This document shows positions 1-13,820 of a DNA stretch of 64,000 bases, in pieces. The stretch is from NCBI GenBank assembly GCA_025786725.1, contig JAHLTZ010000031.1, forward strand, positions 248,001-312,000, written 5' to 3'. The notes beneath the pieces are model-generated. The model saw nothing but the letters and a program-made list of their open reading frames with translations, searched no databases and was not told the origin of the DNA. Within the stretch, counting starts at the first letter, position 1. Every line of letters begins with the position of its first letter. The position numbers and the translations under genes are program-made. The stretch comes from Syncephalis fuscata S228 (Eukaryota; Fungi; Zoopagomycota).

Positions 1-112
1 ATACAATTTATTTATAAAACTAAAAGAAAATACTATTGTCAGATTAATTTAAACGCCATGTTTAATAAAACACTCTGCCTATTATTGCAAATATTTTCGC
101 TCCCGTGCATCT

Positions 113-592
113 TCAAATCGTTGGCTGGTTTGCCAAATTGCGCTTTATCAATAAGCGACTGAAGTAGTGATATAATTGAGCACGGTTTTCCAGCGAAAAT
201 CCCTTTCGCCACTTTTCATTTTGAACCACGATAAGAACGTCATCATTTTGGCGTACACCCAAGGTGCTACGACGCCAGTCATTAGTCCAATGGATATGAG
301 CACTGATGGCCAATCCACCAGAATTACGATCCTCCCAGCGAAGTCCCAAGTCGTCGGTCGGCACAACGGCCATAATTTTCTCAATAGGGAATGTACGCGA
401 CCAACCAGCCATGTAATAATCATATAGCTTGAGGCTTTTATTTGTTAAGCAAGCAAATCGGTCCTTGTAAAGCACTAGTTCACCCTTGCGGTTGACATAG
501 GCAGCAGCTTCGTTAGCATGTGTACTCGTATTCTTACTGCTGCTATCAGTGCTGAAAGAGGGGTTTTTTGCTCGGATACTGAGACGGTTCAT
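113..592 (-). CDS. Intronless PH-like domain protein (paralogue of 2477-2914)
   Basis: 159-aa ORF. Shares the pattern Y.DRF..LT...L.L...Y..G.S...P...I..V....D.G....R...G......W..D.RR...G......I.V......RKGFS.E with the neighbouring ORF. The fold assignment is an inference. Confidence 0.7.
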   Translation of the reverse strand: MNRLSIRAKNPSFSTDSSSKNTSTHANEAAAYVNRKGELVLYKDRFACLTNKSLKLYDYYMAGWSRTFPIEKIMAVVPTDDLGLRWEDRNSGGLAISAHIHWTNDWRRSTLGVRQNDDVLIVVQNEKWRKGFSLENRAQLYHYFSRLLIKRNLANQPTI

Positions 593-2476
593 GGTGAGGT
601 GGATATTGTTGCGAAAGATAACGGCCTACAAGAAAAGCAAAAAAGAAGCGGTTTTAAAAGCGGCATAAAATGATGCTTGAATGGAAGGGGAAATATGCAG
701 CACTGCATAACCAAATTGGCCTTTGCTGTAATGATGGCATGATTGCTGAAACAGCACGAAAGATAATCAATTTGCAAAGTGGCCACTATTTAGGAAACAC
801 GTCAAGTAATTCTTTATTAAGGCTTTATACCAGCATTTTTCACGCTTCCAAACTAACAACATTGTCAAGATAACACTATTTAATTAAAGTCTGAATAAAT
901 TAAAAATAATTAAAATGCCAATAAACAATTAGATACACATGAAACCAATTGATTTTTGTTTTCGAAACAAATGTATACAATTCATTCAAAACTACTTATA
1001 AACATATACTCGCAATAAGGACTTATTATACTCCGTCCCAAAACGCTAATCCCTAATCCAGCGAAGCGCCGATGCCAAATAATGCGCCACTGCCTTAATG
1101 GCATTATGAAATACAACTGCGTAACGCTCAATCCTTGGCAAACTCTTGGCCAGCTGTAATCTACAAGAGTACAAAACTCTTGGCCAAATACTTTGGTTAA
1201 AAGAATAAGCAATGTCATTACCATCTTTGGTAATTGTAATTATCTGGTTTTTCTCACACAAAAGAATTATAGACCAATAATATACGTCCAAATACAGCAT
1301 TTATTTTTAACAGCCATCACATCGCAATTCCACGCTGCATTGTAAATCTTGTACTTGACTATATCACGTATTTTACATTTTAATATGACAGATTCCATGT
1401 TATCCAATTTTTTATGTTAACCTTGTTAAAAAAATTGACTTATCCAGAATTAATTGACAAGCAAATATAATAGAGACATTAAAATGCTGTTGATCTTTAT
1501 CTATATCACTAATGATACAATGGTAATACTATTTATGCGTTATTGAAAATGTCTAATAGCTGTTGGTATAATAACATTACTGTCATATAACAACTTGATG
1601 GTTTTTTAGTTAATAACGGTTGGTTTATTGACAGTCTTTGTGTGCGATACTCTATTTGTTTTTCAATTTATTATCCAATATACATATATCATTCCCATAC
1701 TATCCCTACTGCCATGTATCATTCTATGCTGTACTAGACACAATTTATTCAATATATACTTTAGCACACGCTACTCATTCTACTTACTGAGCTATATACA
1801 TTACAACCTCAACACCGCTACTTACACTCTTCCCGTCGTATATTCATTCCGTTTTATATAGTTGTGGAGTCTATTGATTACAGCCTATTAGTAAAAGCTA
1901 TTCTTTTATCGCAAACTGTATCTATTATAGATTTTAATTTATTTCACCTACTGAGTTTTACGTATACTGTAATTTTAATTATATCATTTATTTTATATTT
2001 ACATGCTTATAAATAAAAACTTTTACTAAAACACCATGAGTTGGCACGTTATTTAAATGACACAAACTGTTTAGACTTGAGCCACTAAACCATATGTTGA
2101 TAGATCATTAAGAAATGATATAATAGTTTTATAGCTTGTATAGCTTGTATATGTATGGTATATGTTTGCAAAAACTATTGGATCAATATTACAAGATATT
2201 CAGTGAGTACTGTTTTTTTAACTTTATCAATTAGCCATAGTTCTTTCTGAATAATAATTACATTTGATAATTAACTAGAAATAAGCAAACAGACATCAAT
2301 TAGCTGTACTATATCATACATCCATCCTACTGCAATATCAATGAAATTATGAATATTACAAACATCATTGTTTACTAGTATAACATCTTAAAAAGCATTT
2401 ACAATGGCCATCTTTATTGCGTAAAGCTATTAGGCGACAACACATATACTACAATTGATTAAACAACTCCTCGGCT

Positions 2477-2914
2477 TTATGCTATTTTCTGTAGCCTTAC
2501 ATCCTCAATCGCCTGCCGAATAAATGGCATAAACTTCTTGGGATCTTCAATTGAAAATCCTTTGCGCTGGCACTTCTTGTTTACTTTAACAATCACCGGA
2601 TAAAAATGTTTGATGCCTGGAATATCGCGACGAAAGTCAAGCGTCCACCAGATGCCCAAGTTAAGCCCGATGCCCATTGCTTTACGCTGCCAGCAAGGTA
2701 CGCCAATATCCTGAGCCCCGTCAACAGATATAATCTCTCGTAAAGGAATCTTGTAGCTGACTCCTGGAAAGTAGCAGTTCTTTAGAATAAGATACTCGGT
2801 GGTCAGACGAACAAACCGGTCACAATACACCAATTCTTCGCCCTCTACCAGTGTAAGAATAGAGCTGGCTGCATCGTTATCAGCTTTATCAGTACTGGGT
2901 TTTACGGCAGCCAT
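2477..2914 (-). CDS. Intronless PH-like domain protein (paralogue of 113-592)
   Basis: 145-aa ORF with the same motif series (LVYCDRFVRLT...YFPGVSYKIP...WWTLDFRR...RKGFSIEDP). Confidence 0.7.
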   Translation of the reverse strand: MAAVKPSTDKADNDAASSILTLVEGEELVYCDRFVRLTTEYLILKNCYFPGVSYKIPLREIISVDGAQDIGVPCWQRKAMGIGLNLGIWWTLDFRRDIPGIKHFYPVIVKVNKKCQRKGFSIEDPKKFMPFIRQAIEDVRLQKIA

Positions 2915-3699
2915 GGCGAATATAGTTTGAGAAGTAGGTATAAGAAGTTTAATATATCAAAATCTTAGCGGTGTTGGTTTAGACAAAAAAGGCTATACGC
3001 TTGTCCCAGTTTATATTGGGTCCGAAACAACACAGTAGAATACTCTTGAAAGCTTGTGGAAAAGCAGCCTTTGGCCAATAAGTTTCTTGGCATGTTTGCA
3101 TGCAAATGAATCAATAGTGTCATGTTGGAATGCCAAGAATTGCCATATTATGCAGATAACACGCATTGCTTAGACTTGCGTCACTAGGCTATACTCTGTC
3201 TTATCAGTAAATGGTACACAGGTTTCTATATGGTGCATAAACTTGTATATGCATGGTCTGTATTTTCAAGCACCGTTGATGTAAGACGACTAGACCATCA
3301 GCCACTATGACTAACTTGTTGCTTTTTATTTTTTATATACTGACGAAAGAATGACGATCGTCATATTCGAGCATGGCAAATGACAATTAATTTATTTACT
3401 CCATTACAATATGTTGTTAACACAATAAATAAAACTAGTTTTTATTTATTATTTTAAACTAAGACTTCAAAGACCTTTTGTTTTTTAACAATGATGTTTA
3501 CCAATAAAGTATACTTAATATACGACACTATGAGTAAGCAAATGCAAGTGTATGGATATCGCTGAGGCTATAATGTACATAACAATGAGATAAATGAAAT
3601 AGCTCACAATATACAATAAATACAATTGGAAATAAACAAGCATATTTTACTAATGGTGTGTAAGCATTAGGTCATATACTGATACACAATAGAATGGAT

Positions 3700-4170
3700 A
3701 TGCAATGAGAGAAGCATGAATAGCGGTGTTAAAACTATAGCATGCGTATATGAGTGGACAAGCAAAATACCTCGAAATTTATTAATAATAAAGCTAGAAC
3801 AAAAGTAAAACAGATTTGGATAAATAATGACTTGTGTATAGAATGATTTATAAAATGATAAATGTACGGTGAAAAAGTACATAAAACAATGTTAAAGTTA
3901 TAGTGCATATAATTTAATGAGGGACATGGGTAGTGTTTGTTGGTTTATATAAAGAATAGAATGTTCCTAGTATGTCATAGAGTATCATATAACAATTGGG
4001 ATAACTGGGAATGATATAGGTGAATATATATACATACTGGATAATAAAGTTATGATTATTATTATGTTGGTGGCTGATGTCGTTCATTACCCAGTTCCAT
4101 GGTCAATAGAGCAAACATTTAGTTTAATTATGCAAATATTATAGAATGTACTTATTTAACTTTCAGATCA
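3700..4170 (-). repeat. Degenerate dispersed repeat family copy
   Basis: TTAATAATAAAGCTAGAACAAAAGTAAAA and GGGAATGATATAGGT...CATACTGGATAA blocks shared with 26760-27030. Confidence 0.65.
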
Positions 4171-5002
4171 TATTAAATGGCTAATAACAACTTACCATAA
4201 AATTAAATTGCTTGATTACTTAAAATGACACAAGTAAATAACATCAGATTATACAGGGCAATAATATTTTATAGTAATAGTTATTGGTTAATCACAATAA
4301 TTTATGGTAAAGAATCGCTATTAGTTTATAAATGGTATTGCAATTACCTTGCTAATGATATAAATAAAAATAGAATAGATAGTATAAATATGATGGTATT
4401 AACATTGCTTATCATTTACATCGTATGTGCGTATTTATAACTTTGTGTAAAAATAATAGAATAAACATGTATAGAATATGCTGAAGGATCGTGTAATACT
4501 TATGATAGTGCCATTCGTAATAGAATTAAAAAATTGGCAATTCAAATGGGCAATCTACGCTGAGCAGTCTTTAATGATGACCATATTACAACATAACAAT
4601 GTTTGTTAAAACTATTACTTTTAGCATTCAAATAACGATATGAAAAACTTTTATTACATGTAGATTGGCAAAAAGGACAATTAGCATACTAAGGCGTTAC
4701 ATAAACCAAAGTGTTTAGTCTTGATGAAATATAGGAATGGATAGGGTAAATACGAATGCCGAATTTCCGATATGCAGCATGAACAACTGTTTCATGCATT
4801 ATAGCGAGTGTTTAGTATCAAAAATGATTGCATGCCAGTCGCTGCATGTTAGTAATAATTTATCCGATTTACCGACACTACATTTAAATACTGTTTTTTT
4901 GGTATACCACGATACCTGAATCTATATCTACATCTTCTCCCTATTAACTTTGAATTTATCCATTGCTACTTTGTGTGTGTGTGTGCAGCTGTAGTATCTA
5001 AC

Positions 5003-6798
5003 ATGCGCCATTTCTCTTTTCTTCTTTATTCGGTGGCCGCCTTGCTGCTATTTGCCAACGATAGTAGTACTGCTAAATCAACAGCCGCTCACAGTACTAA
5101 AATCAACATTTAAAGTCATCAAATTTTTTAAACAGCCGCTAAAGATTGCGTTTAGTGCTGGGTTTGGCGGGAAAAGCCATGCAGCTCCTCAGTTAGTTCT
5201 AGCTGATATTTTAGTTGCCCGAGGCCATGATGTTAGTTTTATCACATATGACGATGTGGCTACTGCGTGGACAGCTGACTATCCACGTGTAAAACCGGTG
5301 AAGTTGGGACTAAATCCACAATCACCTGAGCGCTTTCGGAAGCTTCAAGACCCAATATTAAAGGAAAATCCATCTCCCCTTACCGCAACTAGCACTCTTT
5401 TGAATAAGCTAAATATACAATATCCCAAAGACTACAAATTTTTCCATCATTGGATATCTACCAATAAGGTGGATGTAATGGTTTGTGATTTTTTTATGAG
5501 TGGCTGTTATGACGCAGCCTACGAAACCAATACCCCGTTTGTAATTACTACATCGGCAATTGACCTTCAAGGTGAGTAGCTAACGATGCAGCTAGCTATA
5601 TCAATACACTAATAGTATGTATCACTATAGGATATGGTAGCACGTCTTATACGTCAAATCACCTATCTCGTCTATCGTCATCTACTCATGATAAAACCAG
5701 CTTTTTTGAACGATTTTACGACAAGATAATAATGCCTACAGCTATGGCGTGGAAATCAAAGAGTTAATTCAAGAAAAGCGAGCGACTTATTCGGAGCTCA
5801 ATGTAACGCCATATATGACTGTATCAGAACGATGGAGACATGGTTTGTGCTGGTCAATAATTTACTCGCGCTGAGGTAAATTTCATTTTAAACAATATAC
5901 AAAATACTAATAGTCTACTTAGCCGCTCGCCAACTACCTTCAAAACATTTTTAATCGGGCCCGCTATACCACACAAGTATGCATCGCTATCTAGTGAATT
6001 AATTGAATTCATGGATGCGCGTAAAAATGTCGTGTATGTTGGATTTGGTGGCAATACAATCTTGTCTCGTAGTCAAATTTTCACTATCCTTAGCTCTTTG
6101 CTAGTTGCCTATGATGACAAATTAATTGATGGTGTTGTGTGGGGATGATGCGTACTGCAGATAACCATGACCTTATACACGAAACAGTCACTGCCAATGA
6201 TGTTGTACATAGCATTAAAGATATGCAATCAGGTAAACATGCAGCAGTTCGTCTGTTGAATCGGGCACCACAACGCGCTGTACTGGAACATCCATCTACG
6301 AGATTGTTTATCAGTCATTGCGGTATTGCATCGCTATTTGAATCATTGTTCGCCGGTGTTCCTATTCTAGGCCTTCCGGGCTTTGGTGATCAACCAAGCA
6401 ATGCCGTTAAATTGACTGAAAAAGGATACGGTTTATGGCTAGATAAAACAACATTGACAGAAGCAACTATTGTGAGTACTCTTCGTCGCTTACTGGCAAA
6501 GGACTCGGCCGAAGCAGCCTCATTTAAGGCCAATGTATTGTTGGCACAAAGAATGATCCAAATTGCAGATCGAGAGCGTATGCGAGGTGCCGATCTAATT
6601 GAGTTGGCCGCCATTCCTGGTGCTATTAAAGCATACGAAAGCGCTGATTGGCGTATGCCTTGGTGGACAGCAAACAATTATGATTTATATGCATTTTTAC
6701 TGTTTATTGTTTTATCTGTTGTTTATTTGAGTTTAAGAGTAGTTAAAGGTGCGATTAGTGTCGTGATGTCTAAACAATCTAAACAAAAGCAAGCATAA
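5003..6798 (+). CDS. UDP-glycosyltransferase (GT1), signal peptide and C-terminal TM; contains frameshifts
   Basis: GGKSH N-terminal motif, DVMVCDFF, PSPG-like box RAPQRAVLEHPSTRLFISHCGIASLFESLFAGVPILGLPGFGDQPSNA, C-terminal TM plus a K-rich tail. Introns at about 5573-5630 and 5876-5922. Frameshifts near 5100, 5760 and 5845. Confidence 0.85.
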
Positions 6799-6879
6799 TA
6801 AAAATACTATTTAGTCATTTACTTATATTTATTAAACATTCTATTAATAATTTATTGTAATTTGAATGTAAAATGGCTA

Positions 6880-6985
6880 ATATTTAATAACGCCCAATCT
6901 ATTGAACATGATGGTGGGTAGTTAATGACATCAATAATCAAACACTCATCATTATAGATTCGTTATCCAGTACGCATATATTTTC
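6880..6985 (+). repeat. Dispersed repeat family fragment
   Basis: ATTTAATAACGCCCAATCTATTGAACATGATG...ATAGATTCGTTATCCAGTA.GCATAT core, shared with 23870, 26135 and 62770. Confidence 0.8.
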
Positions 6986-7168
6986 TATTTAACTATATTG
7001 TTAACAGTGTATAATTATACTATTATATATCATTCTGTGCTATACTGAATACATTATTGTTATATGTTTCAATTACATATAGCTTGCTAATTGAATGAGC
7101 TATGATACATTATTAATAAAGCTAGAGCAAAAAGGGCAACTTCAATAGCCAGCGTGTATCTACTAAAC

Positions 7169-7749
7169 AATAAAATAATATGCACTATAATGAATATGCA
7201 ATACAAAGTGACAATTAGTAATGTCAGAGTTATTCGACATATATGCATGATCAATGACCAACATTAGTTGACATTTATAAATAATAAATTTAGAACAAAA
7301 AGTAAAAACAGCTTTGGATAGATGAAGGATGAGTGGACTAAGTAAATTATATTGGTGTATGTAAAGAATAGACTATGCCTAATATAGCATATAATGATAT
7401 ATAATAATGTGGAATAGAATGGGAATGATATAAGTAAATAGAGGATATATGCATACTGATGATAAATCTACAATGATGAGTATTTTATACTTTGATGTCA
7501 TTTACCACCCATTATCATGTTAATAGATTGAGTGTTATTAAATATAGTCATTTAATCACAAAACAAACAGTATGATTAAGCGATTTAATTATTGAATAAA
7601 ACTCACCATCTGTCCCATGTTCAATAGAACAAATATCTAGTTCAATTACACAAATACTGTTATGTTTATTCATTTGTCTCCAAATCACATTAAATAGTTG
7701 ATAAAATGGTATAAAATAGGTTTATGACAACATACATAAATATGTTAAT
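7169..7749 (-). repeat. Dispersed repeat copy; left arm of a ~580-bp near-identical inverted repeat
   Basis: Reverse complement matches 13242-13820 almost base for base, with only a few differences seen. Confidence 0.9.
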
Positions 7750-7869
7750 CACGTTGTATTAAAATTTAATATTTATTTAACATATGAATACTGAGTAGAA
7801 CAAGCTATTTACAAAATATTGCCTGACAATTGTTGAATTAGTACGTGTAACAGATCATGTCAATAAACA

Positions 7870-10502
7870 CTTACAGTTTTTGACTTTTTTGGCAGGACGT
7901 TGGTCGCTACTTGTTGAGTGGGACCGTTTAACGCCATGTTGATTCATAGGGGCAACAGCATGATCTTGGGCTGCTTCATCTTCCGCATCTGTTGCAGTTA
8001 AATCCTTGCTTACTTTCTTTTCGGCATCGCTTGTTACTATTTCTTTTCTTTGGCTGATGCTTCATCTTTTATAGCCACCTCTTCTTGTTGTTCAGCCTTT
8101 GTGGCTGTGTCTTCTGCTGCATTATTGGCTTTTATTTCTTTTTCTTCTTTTTCTTCTTCTTGTACGTCTTGAGTTACTTCTGACTCACTGAATTCTTCTG
8201 ACGATTCAGTAAACCAGGCACTTTCTAAAGCCTGCTCGGCTGTTAGGCGCAAGTTACGGTCGATAGCTAAAAGACCACCAATTAAGTTTTGCGCTATAAA
8301 TTGCATTAGTTTCTTTTGTAACTTTAGAATAAAGCTACTTACCTTCAGTTGATATGCCATTCCAGCTATCGTCAAAATCTAGTGGATTGCTGAATATATT
8401 GATGATATGGATCAAACATGTGTTATTGACTTTAATTTCAAATGGAAGAGTGCCTAGATTCAAACAGTAAGTTAACAAAACTACCAAATCTGCAAATACT
8501 TACGCGTGAGCATAAAATACAATATAAGACCAAGACTCCATTGGTCGGCTTCTTTTCCATAGCCTTGCTCATGGAATTGTTCATTCAACATAGTTGCCAG
8601 GTCAGCATCATACTTTTCTATATTTTTAACCAGCTGATTTTCAAACTTGGATCTAAGAATGACATCCGGTGCCATGTAGCTAGTGGTACCACACATATTA
8701 TCAAGCATGGGCGCTTCTGCGTTAAGTTCACGCGCTGTGCCGAAATCCGTAATTAAAATAGACGGATACTTGACTGGACGCCGAACCAGGACATTTTCTG
8801 GCTAATGCATGGTTGGAATTAAACTAACATATATTAACATAGCTAATTACCTTTAAATCTAAGCGATGGCCATTGCAACAACAATAGTTTTTTAGTTATG
8901 TAAATAAATACCATCTTTAATTTACCACAATGTACAATGCCTTTACTATGCAAATGCTGGTTTAGAGTTAGTAACAAATCAGTAAATATAGTTGTTGCTT
9001 ACCTTGACTCCTTCGAGCACTTGCTTGAAAATATGCTTGGCTTCCTGTTCGGATAGCGGACCATAGCGCACGCAATAATCGAACAGGTCGCCACCAGCTG
9101 CATACTCAAACATCAAGTAGTTGTGCATTTCCGTATCACATGCATCAACTAGCTTTATTATGTTCGAGTGACCTTGTGCAGTGGTAATCACGTTCTTTTC
9201 TTCATTGAAACTATTTAAAATGTTATTTTCTATTGCGTTCATAACTTTCTTCTTATTGCAGATCTTAACGGCAATGGGCATCTTATTGCCGCGTGTTTCC
9301 CCATAATAGACGTCACCAAAAGAGCCACTAAACTAAGTTATAAACAATATGGTTTAAATTAGACAAATACCACCTGCCAAGCAACTGCTCTGTTACAGCA
9401 TATTTGATGCCGACGACCTAGCACTGTGTTAGTTGTCATAAATTATTATAGCTAAATACTATTAGCTTACTGTGCCGAAATCACAACTTTTGTCGCTAAT
9501 TCTTAATTCCAGCTTATTGATTTTGTATACCATAAGTACTAGTATTAGTAATGGTTAGTCTTGCTTATTGTAGATTAATAAAGCTTACTATTATTTTCAT
9601 CAAGCCGGACATAATTATTATTTTTCATAATGGCCATAGCTCCTTGTCGAATTTCCCTACCATCCACTAAATACATAGTCAGCATTATGTATAATTATTA
9701 ATGACTGTATTTACCAATGATGTCGTTGATCATCAAATTCTAATAGCATATTTAGTACTAATATTGATTAGCATAGCAATTACTTACTCTTAATCTCATG
9801 GTATTTCCCTCCTAAATATGTGTTATAATTGTTATTACTATTTAACACAAATTTATATGCTACTTACCATGAATATGCAAAGTATTCGGTTTTGCTGGCC
9901 CCTGACCTTCTTCTGTGCTAAATAACATAAATCATCATATCAGTAAAAGCTGTACAATGTTGTCTATTAGTGTTATATCAAATCAAACCAGAATAGCCTG
10001 ATATGTATACATTTGCTATACAATAGCAAACCATAATATAGCAATGAAAGCCCATTATTATGCGCTGTATAACTTACTTGTTTTTGTCTTGAGAAAGAGT
10101 AAACGGCTTGTTCCGTTTTAACAGGAACTCTTCAGATATATGGTTAATTCAACCATTCATTAATAATGTGTTTACTTACCCATGCCTTCAACACTAAATA
10201 CTTCAACCCAGCCTACTGTTTCTGCCTTCTCTGCTTCACTCATTTTGCCCATGCAGTAGGGAGTCTTTCGTAAATATCTCCTACTGAATTGTTGGGCGCA
10301 ACAAATGATGAAGCAAGAGTGGGCAGATGTGCTGTTGCTGTTGCCTGAGCCGCTGCAGATAGCTCACAAGCAACAGCATTTGTAGCGGAGTGTGTATCAG
10401 GCTCAGCTACAAGTGGTAAAATAGAAGATGGCAGTAAAATGTAGGGAAATCATTTAAATCCGAAGTAGTACTGCTACAGCTAAGTGATTTTGGGCTGTCC
10501 AT
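7870..10502 (-). CDS. CAMK-group Ser/Thr kinase (Chk2/Dun1/Mek1-like), many small exons, possible degenerate N-terminal FHA
   Basis: GSGSFGDV, IAVK, HSNIIKL, FEYAAGGDLFDY, HCD|LK|PEN, ITDFG, CGTTSYMAPD, ADQWSLG, RLTAEQAL and an acidic tail. Start and end are uncertain because of apparent indels. Confidence 0.8.
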
Positions 10503-13241
10503 GATGTATATAAGTTTAGATAGTTAGAGACGTTATAATACTGCAAGATAAAAGCAAAATACACGTATCAAATAATGACATAAAAGTTTTTAGAAAAGGT
10601 CCATTACGCAATACTATATTGAACGACTCATATATTTATTTAATAAATAGGCTAACAACATGGGCGGTGTGTCATAGTACATTTGAAACAGCACCATTAC
10701 GACATGGCTAATTGCGCTATGATGTGTTTCTAAACATTTGGCTTTTTATTAATCATATGTCAGTACATGACCAATTGGCTAGCAATTGTACAACAAATCA
10801 ATGAGTACAGCTGATTGTCAAGCTTGAACGATGTGCTGCTGAAACCGCCATTACCGATTGGGAAATGCACTGTGCACACACGTAGTAGCACAGAGTAAGC
10901 ATTTTGAAGTTAGTTTGGCCGACATTCATACGCAAATAGTGGGCATATTTTAATAAAGTTTATGCAGAAATATCTGGCAATATGGATGCTACTGAGATAA
11001 ATAAATATAACACGTATTCAAATAGCATATAATATTTGTTAGCTGTATGTAGTTACTATAATATAGCAAGTTGTATAGGAAAGTAGACAAGTGCTAATGA
11101 TTGATGCTAATGACACTGTGTAACATGCATGAAATACCAAATAAATCGGCTTTATAAAAACGTTTGTTTTATAGCTAAGGCTTGAATGTATAGCTTACTG
11201 TACATACTTGTAGATCATTTTTAGCAAAGGTATTTAAGAATTCAGTTTAAAGCCTTTTATTTCAACTGGATGTTATTTCAATATCGATTAATAGCATGCA
11301 TATCTTATTTAATTGGTAAATTGCTTAGACATATTCCATCAACTGATGATGATTTAAACAAGACTGCAATCTTGAAATGGTAATACGCCTATTTTTATGT
11401 TGCACCTTTTTTCATAAGCTTGCATTTTTTATTAGCACTGACGTGCATATCCATTGAAGAAAGCAATGAAACAAGTTCAGACTATTTCGTAATTGTATTA
11501 CCGCGATAGATAAGTAAATCACCATTATTTGTTTATTTACATTAGATTGGTATATTGGTAACGCAATAATCCGTATTCAACCATTTTATTTTTACTGAAT
11601 CATCGCACTGTCCAATTGAACAAATAGTTCTTTGCCTTGCAATGATATTCGCCCTTACTGAATATGCATTTATGTTACACACCATTGCATAACACGCCTT
11701 TCTTTAAGCTGGCCTATTCTGTTTCTTTTTTTCACTCTGCTTAATGGATTCAATCCATTGGATAATGCTGAGTGCTCGCTTCTGCGCTAAACGTACACAC
11801 GTGTGCCTACACAACACATTCCCCATTAAAACACGTAATCTTAATTACGCCTTTTGATTTTACATTTGTTCTTTAACTAATTGGCAGGTGCATTCTACTA
11901 TTTCATATGTTCGTAACTTACAATGTTTAGTGGAATGCATAGCTTTATATGGCGCACTGTAACTGCTTGCTTGTGAAGCCATACAATATACAACTGCTCG
12001 GCATACTTAAGCTGTCTAGAAGAAGTACTCAGACAGTATAAACTCTTGAGACCCTCGATGGTACAATGTCAAACAACCTAATCTATGCTGTAGAACACTA
12101 TGTGTATTGTATGGTGGTGCTTGTATATACACTCAGGTGTGGTATATACATATCACTATTCCTTGCTTGTGGGTGATGTTAAGCAGTTGTCATAATGGCA
12201 TTGTTGTTTTAGCAGTTAAAGCGCCTTAATTGGCACAACTTTGGTTTAAGGTGCTATACTGTTTGTGCCATCTAAGTTGTTATCTTCACTGCGTAAAAAT
12301 GACAATGTGGTTGTGTTGGCTGTATAATATCGCAACAGTGTGCTATTGCACTGCTGTTATTGCATTTTAGATTTCTTGTTTGTGTGTAGATGGCCTAGAC
12401 GTGGGTATGGGCTCAGCGTTATTGGTTGTTCGTTTCTGTTTATCTAGTCATGTATGTCGCCTGGATGAATAGTTTTCTGATATTGTTGTGTTATAAGCAA
12501 TGGTAAAACAGCATCCACGGCACATCGTGATTATGATAGCTGAAGACCGTATAGACCGACGCTGATGGGTGGGAGTCTAGGTCGTCAACATACATCAAAT
12601 AGACCATTCCTGGTGCAGTTGTTATGCTATGATTGCATGTGGACTGTTAAATATTATAGACATTTGTTTAAATTTATCAAGACGACGTAGTGACCATTAT
12701 AAAGGTAAATACCATTGTGTTTTACTAACACTTGCTAATACGGAACAACATACATTGATGAATGTCTGCTAGAATTGCGATTATGAATACTGTACTAGCA
12801 TGCACAGGTGTAAGAATCAATATATTACTAACTGTTCAGCAATCTAATATGCTCACTACTGGAAACTCGAGTCAACGTAAATTATGCGTTCTACTCAATA
12901 CTACTTCAACTCTATTTACTTGTACTGGAGATGTATATGTAAACTAGGATTCTAGACTTTTCTTTTTCACCATAGTCCATATCTTTATTAATACAATAAA
13001 GATATTTTGGTTATATTTTATAGCATCTGTAGACAATGTAATGCCACAATGCTACTTTGAATATGATTAGCATGCTAGTACAACTACAAATATATATCAT
13101 TTTAACAAACATTAGTAATTTATTTAGTTAGCTGTATTATTTATACTAATAAATGTGTGCTGTGTGATATTCCTTTTAGTTGTAATATAAAAGTGTGTGG
13201 ACCATGTTATTTATTAAATTAAACGACATACATGATATGTA

Positions 13242-13820
13242 ATTAACATATTTATGTATGTTTCATAAACCTATTTTATACATTTTATCAACTATTTAAT
13301 GTGATTTGGAGACAAATGAATAAACATAACAGTATTTGTGTAATTGAACTAGATATTTGTTCTATTGAACATGGGACAGATGGTGAGTTTTATTCAATAA
13401 TTAAATCGCTTAATCATACTGTTTGTTTTGTGATTAAATGACTATATTTAATAACACTCAATCTATTAACATGATAATGGGTGGTAAATGACATCAAAGT
13501 ATAAAATACTCATCATTGTAGATTTATCATCAGTATGCATATATCCTCTATTTACTTATATCATTCCCATTCTATTCCACATTATTATATATCATTATAT
13601 GCTATATTAGGCATAGTCTATTCTTTACATACACCAATATAATTTACTTAGTCCACTCATCCTTCATCTATCCAAAGCTGTTTTTACTTTTTGTTCTAAA
13701 TTTATTATTTATAAATGTCAACTAATGTTGGTCATTGATCATGCATATATGTCGAATAACTCTGACATTACTAATTGTCACTTTGTATTGCATATTCATT
13801 ATAATGCATATTATTTTATT
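13242..13820 (+). repeat. Dispersed repeat copy; right arm of the inverted repeat
   Basis: Matches the reverse complement of 7169-7749. Contains the family motifs TCTATTGAACATGGGACA.TGGTGAGT and ATTTAATAAC.C.CAATCTATT. Confidence 0.9.

Noticed and set aside
982-1300. Short minus-strand ORFs between the PH-like paralogues
   Set aside because: No recognisable family or clear gene structure; may be a gene relic.
5003-5880. UGT as a pseudogene or programmed frameshift
   Set aside because: Similar single-base losses in short homopolymers occur in conserved genes across the window (Irc21-like about 42908/42928, 61950, kinase ends, FAM32A, DCAF4-like), which points to long-read assembly error. Needs read-level checking.
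10600-13200. Possible decayed transposon or gene upstream of the kinase
   Set aside because: Stops in all frames I examined and no recognisable domain motifs.
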